This document shows positions 53,954-64,000 of a stretch of DNA of 64,000 nucleotides, one piece after another. A program made the translations under genes and the position numbers. Under the pieces are notes generated by a model. It ran no database searches, was not told the origin of the DNA, and saw nothing but the letters and a program-made list of their open reading frames with translations. Every line of letters starts with the position of its first letter. Within the stretch, counting starts at the first letter, position 1. The DNA comes from Mobula hypostoma (Eukaryota), in NCBI RefSeq assembly GCF_963921235.1, contig NC_086097.1:94366001-94430000 (forward strand), in the 5' to 3' direction.

Positions 53954-56900
53954 CACCTCTTCCTAGAGATGCTGCCTGGCCTGCTGCGTTCACCAGCAAC
54001 TTTGATGTGTGTTGCTTGAATTTCCAGCATCTGCAGAATTCTTGTTGTTTGCGTTTTCATCTAAACCAACTCCACCATTCTTTAATAAAACACTTAAGGT
54101 TTTCAGCCTCCTTAACCTGTTCCTACATTCAATTCAATCATTGCTGAGTTGCAGTTTAATTTCACTTGCACCCTGACCCAGTAAGACAATCACCAGTCTC
54201 CATTTGGTTTAAACACCCTCCTTTGGAAGGAAAACGGCATGCAGGTTTTCATTAACTCCAGTGAAAATGCCTTTCCTGCCTTCTTGGCTAAGTGTCTAGT
54301 TCTCATTTAAAGATTACATTCACATTGAGTTTCACTCACCAGAGGAAATAGAATCTTTCCCCACCTGCCTATTCCATCTTTCGATTGTGACTGTTACTAT
54401 TATTTTAAACACAAATTAAATTTATGCAACGTTTATTTTTTCCCCTCAGGAACTACCTCCTGGTGATTTCCTTATCCTTTGTCCTCTCAACTGTCCCCAA
54501 CCTGACGGATCCTGTGCAGAGCAGTGCTTGGTTTCTGAATGACACAAGGAGAGCTCTCTTGACAGAACACCACTCCCTCTGTAAGCTGAACGCTGGGGAT
54601 AAGAGTAACGACTGGGAAATCGGCACACACAGGTCCTTCTCTCAGGTTATAAACAGCCAACCTATGTACAGCCCACTAATACAACAGGGTGTTAGGGAGA
54701 CCGGCAACGTGAGGCTGCAGGCACACTCTGGTATGTGGGAACCGAATTTATGGTCACAATCACAACTTACGAAGAGGTAAAGATTTCTCAGGAACAGAGA
54801 AATAACCTGGGGAGGAGCATACCAAAGCGTAGAAATATCCCGTACGTGGGACTCAACCTCGTGCACAGCTGGTTTCCCCAAGTTCAGCATTCAGTTAGAA
54901 GATCGCTCCTTATCTTACTGATTGACAGAGGCTGGTTGGCAGGCAGAATGACCAACCTCAGCTCCAGTTCAATTTACCCCAAGCTTTTATAGAAACTTTG
55001 AGAACACACGTGCTGGGCTCAACTTTGAAAAAAAAGTTTGTGTGAAGAACATCTTGGTCACTATATATTGCGTCCAGTGTGCTGGTGAGTGGTAGAGGCT
55101 TGGGTTGTGGGGGGGTAGGAATGGAGAAATTATAGGAACTTGGGGAGAATAAAATGGAGTGGTGTAAATTGGTGCTTGAAGGTTATCATGGATTCAGTGG
55201 GCTGAAGATAGTTTCTCTCTGTCCCTAACTCCCAGCCTAACACAAGCAGAAAATAGATCTTACTTAGTTTGCTAAGGTGGGGGAGAACTCACAGCCATTG
55301 TTTTTGCAATTTGACAAATAAAAGAAAATCCATTTGTTCCGAACCTTCCCTCATTTCCCTCAGTGGGAAACAAAAAACAAAATTGCACTATCCGTCCTCA
55401 TCCAAGTGGTGAACAATATCAGAATCAGAATCTCTTTATTGCCAGTACTGTATGTGAGACAGACCAGAATTGATTGTGGTTTGGTGCCAAGCATAAAACA
55501 CAGGACAGTACCAGAACAGACAACACAATAGCGTCTAACAGTTTACAAGACAACAGTGCAAACAGCCATCAGCAATCAATTCACAGAACAGTCACATGCG
55601 CAAACGTCAATAATCAAACTTAAATAAATGTGAATGTACAAGCAGACGCAATAATTCTCTGCAGGACAAGGAGAGCAGGAAAGACCACTGAACGGACATT
55701 GTATAGGGACAGAGGGTTATTACACCTGAGTGAGTTTTGGTGAGAAGGAGTCAACAATAACTGATCGGTCCAATTTAAGGTTAACATTCCTACCAGTTAA
55801 TCTCTAGTTACTGAATAACAAGCCATGGATTACATGTCAGAGCTGTAAATCGATCTCTGGTTTCTAATAAGTCGTTTAGTTATATGGAATATTATGGGAA
55901 GCAGTCAAACATTAAACTCCAAGATTAAGCATTCCTGAAACCACTAAATGTATCAATGCTCAGCTTCTCAGCTGGTACCCACTGATGTCCTTCAGTGTTT
56001 TCTTCACTGAGATTGTGTTATTGGGGATAACCAGAAGGTGAACGAGTTCATTCATTATTACTTCCACTAGGCGGGGTGGGGGAGAGAGGGAATACAGGAA
56101 GAGCTGCTCCTTTTCAACACCCTTAGACAAACTAAAAAGCCCCTCTGTCTCTCCACCTCAAAACACACTCTGGTCTTGAGGTCTCTTCCCTTGACACAGT
56201 GTCAGTAACGCTCTTTGTTCACACATCACACGTCAGTTATTGGGAAAAAGTTTCACTATTGGAGAAGTTATAAGCCAAGGCACTTGACAAGATTTAACAG
56301 GAATAAAGAGAGTCAATATGTCTACGGGAAAGGAAAATTATGTTTGATAAGTATTAACAGGCAAGACAAAAAGTTTACTGGTATTTCTTAAATATTCAGG
56401 TGATACATATGGCTCTTTGGGTGGGAGGAAGGTACTTTAGGGTTGGTAAAAGTCTGCTTTCAGTCTGGGAAGCAGTGACAACATAGGGGTGTGAGGAAAT
56501 AGATGCAGGAGTCAGAGCTGGGGCCTCAGTTACTGGCAGCACAGTGTGATGCAGCCGGTAGAGCCAATGCCTCACACTTCCAGTGACCCAAGTTCAACGC
56601 TGAACTCTGTGTGAGGTTTGGGGCACTCTCCCGGTGACCATGAGGGTTTCCTCCGGATGTCTGTGTTTCCACCCAGATCCAAAAGACGTGCAGGCTGGTT
56701 GGCTAATTGGCCAGTGCAAATTTCCCCAAGTGTGCGAGTGGGTGGGAGAAAGTGGGGAAGGGAGTTGAGAAAAGGGAAAGGAATGGGATTAATACAAGAT
56801 CAATGCAAATGGGTGACTGTCAGCCATGCCTTTGGAATGCATAGGTTAAAGGGCTGTACCACTGTGAACATTAATCATCCAAGTTATTGGTTTAGATAAG

Positions 56901-57352
56901 GGTGCCAAGAGTAATATGTATATCCAAGCTTGCCGACAATATACAGTGGGGATGAGTTGTGAAGGGGGCACCAAAATTCTAAAAGGCGAATTATGCAAAT
57001 GGACAAGAAGATGGCTGAAAGAGAGATATTAAACTCAGGTATGAAGTATGGGGAAAGGAACAGTTTATTTTAAGTGAACAGCAAGTATTAAAAATGTTGA
57101 TGGCCCAAGAGATTTGGGTGCCAGTAGATTAATAAATAATAGGAGTAGGCTATTCAGCCCCTTAAGCCTACCCCACCATTCAAAACAATCATGGCTGATC
57201 TGCCTGAGGCTCACCTGCTCAGCTGTGCCAAGTTCCCACAACCCTTGATTCCCTGATCTGCCAAAAAAGCATCGACTTCCCCTGTGTATCTGTAGCAGAA
57301 CTAGAACACCTCAGCCAAACCTGGAGCTGTCCATGTTAAGTAAGGAAATAAC

Positions 57353-57434
57353 CTTGAATTTTCTCCTGCAGGGCCTGGATTTCTTCAGCTTGCTTGCGGC
57401 TAGTCACTTTCAGATGGTAGTTCTCAAATTCCAA
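57353..57434 (-). CDS. PLEKHH1: PLEKHH1 coding exon (coiled coil; LEFENYHLKVTSRKQAEEIQALQEKIQ), first exon visible in the window
   Basis: tttttgttatag| acceptor, G|gttatt donor, 82 nt, phase 0 to 1, compatible with the next exon. Resembles recalled LEMENQHLK of PLEKHH1. Confidence 0.85.
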
Positions 57435-58144
57435 CTATAACAAAAAGCAGAACAAGAAAGAAGGGAATGTCATTGTTGTTTTGTAAGTTCCAAAACATTC
57501 AACTAATTAGAAGAAATTCATGGGACCAGGAATGCGAGGCTAACTTCGCGTTTCACTTTCAGCGAGGCACGTGCTCATGGTGCGCCATGACGTGTGCAGT
57601 TCATGTATTTTTACATACAATCCATAATGGATTATTGAAACCAACAAGAATGCTTAATCAAACTATATATTTACAATATTACTCATATGCTGCTGAAATA
57701 TTAAATACCAGGCAGGGTTTACATCTAACAACAACTTTTTTGTTGCTTTTGATTTCCAGATCGATTAAAATTAGTTCCAAAAAAATAAAATTCACACCTT
57801 GTTCATTTGGAAGGGGGATATTTCTGTTGCATTGAAGAGTACACGTCACAGTCTCCCCTCCTTAGCTATAAACCAACTCAATATAGAATGCATCTCAACA
57901 ATATACATAGTACACTATAAAATACAAATACTACAGACATCCACAACATAGTAAATTTTAATCGCTGTGGAGGATTTCTTACTCTTGAGGGATAATGTCT
58001 TTCGTGACAAAGGAGGTCACTCGGCTTGGGAGGCGAGACTTGTGACTGTGAAACAATCTCAGGTTCTGGGGCCTCCTCCATGTTAATTGTAGGAGCTGAC
58101 TCTGAGACTGCAGGAAATGGTTCTGATAGCTCAGGACACCTTTC

Positions 58145-58700
58145 TTTTTCATTTTTTCGCTTCCAGTTTGTGCATCTTGATCTTGGGAAGGCACATTTAA
58201 TTCACTGGAGTATTCTCTTATTAATCCCTCTCTTGCTGCTGTTATGATCTGATCTGTCCTCTTCATTTCCTTATCCACAACATCATCTGACAAATCCTCT
58301 GTTTTTGTATCTCCGTTGACTCCTTTCTTCTTGGTCTTCCATTCATCTAGCTGGGCTTTGGTTTTGCATCTACTTTGACAAGCAGCTTTTTGTCTCCCAC
58401 TTGAAGTTCATGCAATAACCTTAATGCACGCAGAGTCAATTCTGGTTCTTTATATTCACAAAAGCTGAATGCTACAATCATCCTGAAGCTCCTTGAATGC
58501 TTCCAACTGAAAACCAAGCCACATTTTGCAAATAACTGCCTGATTAACACATCAGAAGCTTTCTCAGTTACATTGCCTACAAAAACTGATTTTATCACTT
58601 TTATTCTTCTTCTGAACAGCATGGTCCTTCGTTAAGCTTTCCAACCAGAGGCGCAGAGGGTCGCACCGAGACCCATTTGCAGGGCTCTGTTGGGCCATAG
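58145..58700 (-). pseudogene. RBM25: Processed RBM25 fragment (RRM and following helix), frameshifted, inside the LTR element
   Basis: VFVGNVTEKASDVLIRQLFAKCGLVFSWK..FCEYKEPELTLRALRLLHELQVGDKKLLVKVDAK / TKAQLDEWKTKKK..EGLIREYSSELNVPSQ matches recalled RBM25. No introns. Confidence 0.92.
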
Positions 58701-58779
58701 TTTACGAGTACAGCATGAAGACAATTGTGGTATCATCCAGTACCTTTTAAAATTTGCTTCCAGTTGACTGCATTTGGAT

Positions 58780-59485
58780 AACACATACAAAAAATGCCGG
58801 TGAACGCAGCAGGCCAGGTAGCATCTCTAGGAAGAGGTACAGTCGACGTTTTGGGCCGAGACCCTTCGTCAGGACTAACTGAAAGAAGAGCAAGTAAGAG
58901 ACTTGAAAGTGGGAGGGGGAAGGGGAGATCCAAAATGATAGGAGAAGACAGGAGGGGGAGGGATGGAGCTAAGAGCTGGAAAGTTGATCGGCAAAAGGGA
59001 TACAAGGCTGGAGAAGGGAGAGGATCATGGGACGGGAGGCCTAGGGAGAAAGAAAGGGGGAGGGGAGTCCAGAGGAAGATGGAGAGCAGGCAAGGAGTTA
59101 TAGTGAGAGGAACAGAGAGAAAAAAAGAGAGGAACGGGGGGGGGGGATAATAAATAAATAAATAAGGGATGGGGTACGATGGGGAGGAGGGGCATTAACA
59201 GAAGTTAGAGAAGTCAATGTTCATGCCATCAGGCTGGAGGCCACCCAGACGGAATATAAGGTGTTGTTCCTCCAACCTGAGTGTGGCTTCATCTTGACAG
59301 CAGAGGAGGCCGTGGATTGACATATCAGAATGGGAATGGGATGCAGAATTAAAATATGTGGCCACTGGGAGATCCTGCTTTCTCTGGCGGGCAGAGTGTA
59401 GGTGTTCAGCAATGCGGTCTCCCAGCCTGCTTCGGGTCTGGCCAATATATAGAAGGCCACACCGGGAGCAGCAGACACAGTACAT
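58780..59485 (-). mobile_element. Penelope-like 3' fragment nested in the LTR element
   Basis: ORF YCVCCSRCGLLYIGQTRSRLGDRIAEH..QPDGMNIDF. Near-perfect TSD CTG(C/T)ATTTGGAT at 58768-58779 and 59486-59497. Hammerhead motif at 58840-58877 with GAAA changed to AAAA. Confidence 0.88.
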
Positions 59486-59860
59486 CTGTATTTGGATTTT
59501 CAGTTAGGTTGTAGTTGTCTCAGCCAATCATATCCCGCCAATGCTGGCCCCCCTGTTTTTGCCACATACAAGCCCAATATGGCTTGTTAGTTGTTGTATC
59601 TCACTGATACGAATGTCATTCCCACAGCAATTATCCTTTCTCCACTACAAGTTGTTATTTGGATATCTGCAGGCTTCAGTTTAGTATCTTTGAAATGCTG
59701 TTCAAACTAATTTTGTAGAATGAATGAAATAGCCAAGTCTGGGTCCAATTCCATTTTAATTAATATGCTGTTCACTTCTGGTGTAAGCCATATTGCCTGT
59801 CTATTGCTAGTGTTCACATTATAAATTTCAAGATTAACCCAGTCCTATTCATATCATCTA

Positions 59861-60409
59861 CAGACATCTCACCTCTCCTGGAAGTTCCAGGAGTCTCCCG
59901 CATATTAATAGTGGCTCCCTGATGCCCACAATTTATATACAATGTCACGGAAATTGATTTTTTTGAGAGTGAGCGAGCGAGAGAAAGAGTGTGAGAGCGA
60001 GAGAGAGCACGAGAGCAACCACGAGAGGGGGAGAGAGAGACAGCGAGTGAGTGCGCCATGGCAGAGTGTTCCAAAAAAGAAAATATAAAACATACATCAC
60101 CCCAGACTTCACTAAAGTGTACCTCTGCCTAATAGGGGTCAAAAATAATGACAGTGTTGCTCGCTGCACTGTTTGCAACAGTGACTTTTCTATTGCCCAT
60201 GGTGGGTTAAGACTGTAAAAGACATGTTGAGGTGAGTTTAACAGGTGTCATTCGTTCATTAGCATAGCTAACGTTATTTAAACTAGCTGGTCGGCTGCTA
60301 AGGAGCTACTCTATTGCAGACATCCCACCTCTCCCGGAAGTTCCAGGAGTCTCCTGCAAATTGATGGTGCTACCTCCCTGAAATGAGTTTTTGCAGGGTG
60401 GGATGTCTG
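59861..60409 (+). mobile_element. Non-autonomous hAT-like DNA transposon nested in the LTR element
   Basis: TIR CAGACATC(T/C)CACC...GGTGGGATGTCTG. Frameshifted BED-finger-like N-terminus (VARCTVCNSDFSIAHGG..CKRHVE) at about 60058-60230. No clean 8-bp TSD seen. Confidence 0.7.
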
Positions 60410-62653
60410 TCATTGGCATTTTCATCAACAGCATGCAGATTGGTGTTCTTTTTGAAACTGCAACTTGACTTTTTAGCTTTTCCTCTTCGCTGTGTGCCTG
60501 ACATGCTCTTACTTTGTTACATTTTCTGCAAGTTTCACCTTTAAACCTGCATTGGTGTGCTGTATGTGAGCCCCTGCCACAACGGTAACACAGTTTGTTT
60601 GGCCAGGCCAGTTTCTATTTAGATGTTGCAATTTTGTTCACCCTCACTTTCACTCCTGACTGCACCTCAATTGTGTCTCTGTCTGCTATTTCCATTGATA
60701 CAGCAAGTTCAATTGCTCTTTTAAATGCAAGTTGCACTTCCATTAGGAGCCATTTTTGAATGCTTCCTTGTAAGATTCCACAAACTAAATGATCTCTCAG
60801 TGTATCATTGAGCCCATCACTGAACTGACAATGATCAAACAATCTCTCCAATTCAGCCACATACACTGAAATGGACTCCACTTTCTTTTGATTCTGCTTA
60901 TGAAACCTAAAGTGTTCTGCATTCAACAATCATTTCGAACCTAAATATTCCTGTATTACTTTGATGCTATTAGCAAAACTTATTTCAGCTGATTTGGTAG
61001 GAGCAGTCAAACTTCTAAGCAAACTGTAAGCACTTCCACCCAATGCACTCAGCAAAACAGTTTTTCATTGGTTATTCCATTTGTTTTAAAATATTGCTCA
61101 ATTAGCTCAGTATACACGAGCCAGTTATCTCTGTGCAATAGAACGTGTCTATCCTTCCGATGTAGCTAGTAATTTTAGTTTTTTTAAATTTAGAATTATT
61201 ACCCAATACTCACTGTTCATGAACCCGTGAACTCTTCAACTCTCTGCCTTTTTTTTTTAAAAACTCTGTCATCTTTGGTGAAGAAAACACGCTGCTCTGA
61301 ATAAAAAAAATGTACAGCACTTTTCTTTTCAAATGACCCTTTTTTGCTGCTCTCTTTTTAATTTGAATATCTCACTGTGCTCCAGCAGGTAGGTAGTCGT
61401 CTTGAGTTCATTTTAAAACTAACTCATCACCACTGTTATGTTGTGTAAACTCCAAAACATTAAACTAATTAAAAGAAAGACACAGGACTGGGAATGCAAG
61501 ACTTTGTTCTTTTTTTTTACTTTAAGCAAGCCGCACGCTAATCACGTGGTAGCATCATAACGTGTGCAATTCAGGTATTTTTACATATCCCATAATGAAT
61601 TATTTAAGTGAACAAGTATGCTTCAAACAATATATTTACAATATTACTGAAATATTAAATACACAGTTGTGTTGACTCATCATTATGTAACGTCATTCAC
61701 TTATCACAACCTGCTCCACCCAATCCTGGACCACTCTGTATAATTCTATTTTTCCTTATGACAAAGGAGGCCATTCATCCATTGAGTCTATGCTGGCTCT
61801 CAGAGCAATGCCATCAATACCACTCCTCACTTATTTCCCTGTAACCAAGTTTCTCTGACATTTCCACCAATTCCATCATCCCACTTGGGCTACACGGCAC
61901 TGACTAATTAACCCACCAGCCAGCAAGAGGGGGGAAACTGGAGTACCCAGAAGAGATTCATGCAGTCAATCTCCACAGAATCCTCACCGACAGCGCCGAG
62001 GTCAGGATCACTGTATTGTTGACCAAGTGCTAACTCATTCAGGGTGCTGTTTGCAGAAAGATCATTCCTTGCACCATCCACTCTGTCATACTTTGTCCCA
62101 CTCTGATATTTTATGCTCGTCACTGTATTTATCAAGACATTTAATTTTAATTTTTGTACTGTTTATTCTGGGAATATCAGGCAAACATCATTCTGGTGTT
62201 TATGACATTAAATTAACCCGAATCTAGACTCCAGCACTTTCATACCATTCTTGTTGGGCTAACTCCTCTGTGTTTCCCGCTTTACATACCTTCCTTTAAA
62301 AGCAGTTCCCATCACCCCTAACTTCAAATCTACGAAAATCATTCCATAATCTACAGCTAATTAGAAGATGACAACCAATGCATCCACCATTTCCATGGCA
62401 ACCTCTGAGAACTCTGGGATGCAGGTCATCCAGCTCTCAGGATTTATTGGCTTTCAGTCCCATTAATTCCCCCAGCACTTTTCTATTTATGAAGACTAAT
62501 TTCCTTTCTTTACACAAGACTCCTGATCCACTACACAGGACAATGTGCTTGAGATTAACTCACCCTCTCATAGTTCTGAGCAGAATAGATGTGAGGCCCC
62601 ACACTGCAGTCCTCCCCACTGTCCCAGAGCCACCACTGCCATTTGAGCTCTGA

Positions 62654-63650
62654 ATCAGAATCACCTTTATTATGACTGAAATAGGCTGTGGAATTTTGTT
62701 TAGCAGGAGCAGGTGAGTGTAACGCATGAAAATTACAAAGTTACAGAAATTATATATAAAAAAAGATCAAAAAAAGTGAGGAATGTTTGTGGGTTCAGAA
62801 ATGATGGCGGAGGGGAAGCAGCTGTTCCTAAAACAGCGAGTGTGCATCGTCAGGCTTGTGTACCTGCTCCCCGATGGTAGTAATGAGGAGGGCTTATTCT
62901 GACTGGCGAAGGTCTGTAACGATGGATGCCCCCTTCATGAGGCATCACCTTTCGAAGTTGAGAAAATGATTGAGTTGGCCAACCCGTGCAGCTTTTTGTC
63001 GATCCTGTGTACGGCAGTCTCTATACCAGATGGTGATACAGCAGTGAGAGTGTTCGCCACGAAACATCGGTAGATATTTACTAGTCTTTGGTGACACACA
63101 AAATCTCCCCAAGCTCCTGATGAAGTACAGCCAGTGGTGTGCCTTTGTGATGGCATCAATGTGGTGGGTCCAGGAAAGATCACGGGGCTGTCGACACCCA
63201 AGAACTTGAAACTGCTCACCCTTATCACTGCCGATCCCTTAATGAGCATTGGCGTTTGTTCTCCCTACTTCCCTTCCTGAAGTCCACAATCAATTCCCTG
63301 ATCTTACTGCTGAGTATAACGTTGTTATGACACTGCTCAACCGGCCGACCTACCTCACACCTGTACACTTCCTTGTCACCACCTGAGATTAGTCAATAAA
63401 CAGCAGCCTGCATAGGTATTGCTGTTGCTGTTGTCTAAGGCAGAGTGGAGAGCCAGTGCAATTGCATCTGCCATGGGCCTATTGTCACAGTATGCAGACT
63501 GCACTGGGTCCAGGGTCCTTGCCTGGGGAGGAGGTGATTCTACCCACGAGTTAATGAGCTGAGGGAAGAAGCAGGACCACGTGGCTAAGGAAGAGAAAAG
63601 TAAAGCTGGGAAGGAATCAGGCTGCTCACCAGTTTCCAGTGCCTGTGGGA
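62654..63650 (-). mobile_element. Degenerate Rex1/Babar-like non-LTR retrotransposon
   Basis: LDPVQSAYCDNRPMADAIALALHSALD and VSSFKFLGV remnants; (ATTCTG)-like 3' tail near 62654. Confidence 0.7.
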
Positions 63651-64000
63651 GGTCTGGCGAGTAGTAAAGCTCCATTGACATGGGTTTGATCCCAACGTCT
63701 GGCACTGTCTGTGTGGAATTTTCATGTTCTCCCTGTTGGGCCTTTTTCCAGATTTCCTGCCTCGTCCCAAAAGTTATTATCTTAAGAATGTAAGTTACCC
63801 CTAGTGTGGGTACGTAGCAGGGGGTTAGGAATGAGAGACAGAACAGGTGGTGGAGGGGGTGGAATTCAGACTGATGGTAATACTGCATTAGCTGGCATAG
63901 ACTTGATGGGCCAAATGGCCTCCTTGACAAATATATACGTTACACTGTCTGGGCTTGTGTTCGCTTTAATCGAACACTGAACAATATAACACACTTTTAA

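Larger units (their letters stand above)
52569..54055. mobile_element. Palindromic Penelope-like insertion: two inverted copies of the GIY-YIG endonuclease and 3' UTR, with 14-bp TSD
   Basis: Left arm (minus) encodes GVIYCVRCSRCGLLYIGETRRRLGDRFAEH...QPDGMNIDF. Right arm (plus) 53353-54055 is its reverse complement. TTCATCTAAACCAA at 52555-52568 and 54056-54069. Confidence 0.93.
57474..61665 (-). mobile_element. Decayed Gypsy/Ty3 LTR retrotransposon whose pol core is replaced by an RBM25 fragment
   Basis: Diverged direct LTRs: 61434-61665 and 57474-57850 (the latter with about 130 bp extra). PBS-like TGGTGATGAG at 61423-61432. Gag 60420-61170 (FRFHKQNQ..YVAEL..HCQF..LRDHLVCGI; CCHC knuckle CYRCGRGSHTAHQC at 60549-60590). 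Protease remnant IKMELDP near 59740. Integrase tail RHYPSRVRNPPQRL. PPT AAGGAGGGGAGAC at 57851-57863. Confidence 0.88.

Noticed and set aside
58145..58700. Functional RBM25 gene
   Set aside because: Partial, intronless, frameshifted and embedded in a retrotransposon.
62285..62340. Minus-strand AAG|GTATGT donor as a possible further upstream PLEKHH1 exon
   Set aside because: Adjacent frames show no similarity to the expected KIKEWV-containing exon.

Overview
Vertebrate genomic DNA, not prokaryotic. The repeat content (CR1, Penelope-like, V-SINE-type, Gypsy, Rex/Babar) suggests a cartilaginous fish, probably a ray; this is inference. The minus strand carries 12 consecutive, phase-compatible GT-AG coding exons of PLEKHH1 between 57434 and 19452: coiled-coil segment, long Pro/Ser-rich linker, both PH domains and the start of the region before MyTH4. 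The first exons and the MyTH4/FERM exons are not in the window. Positions 1-16967 are a giant GA/GT compound satellite, followed by a 200-N gap and a 2.1 kb G-rich minisatellite. The introns are full of transposon remnants. Main observations: (1) a Gypsy-type LTR retrotransposon whose RT-RNaseH-integrase core is replaced by an intronless fragment of the host splicing factor RBM25; (2) Penelope-like insertions that form TSD-flanked palindromes (about 1.5 kb and about 150 bp) and carry minimal hammerhead ribozyme motifs; (3) a PLEKHH1 exon that regenerates the upstream 5' splice site after splicing (recursive-splice candidate); (4) a satellite whose minus-strand unit resembles a branch point, pyrimidine tract and CAG. 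All homology calls are from recognition by eye, with no database search.
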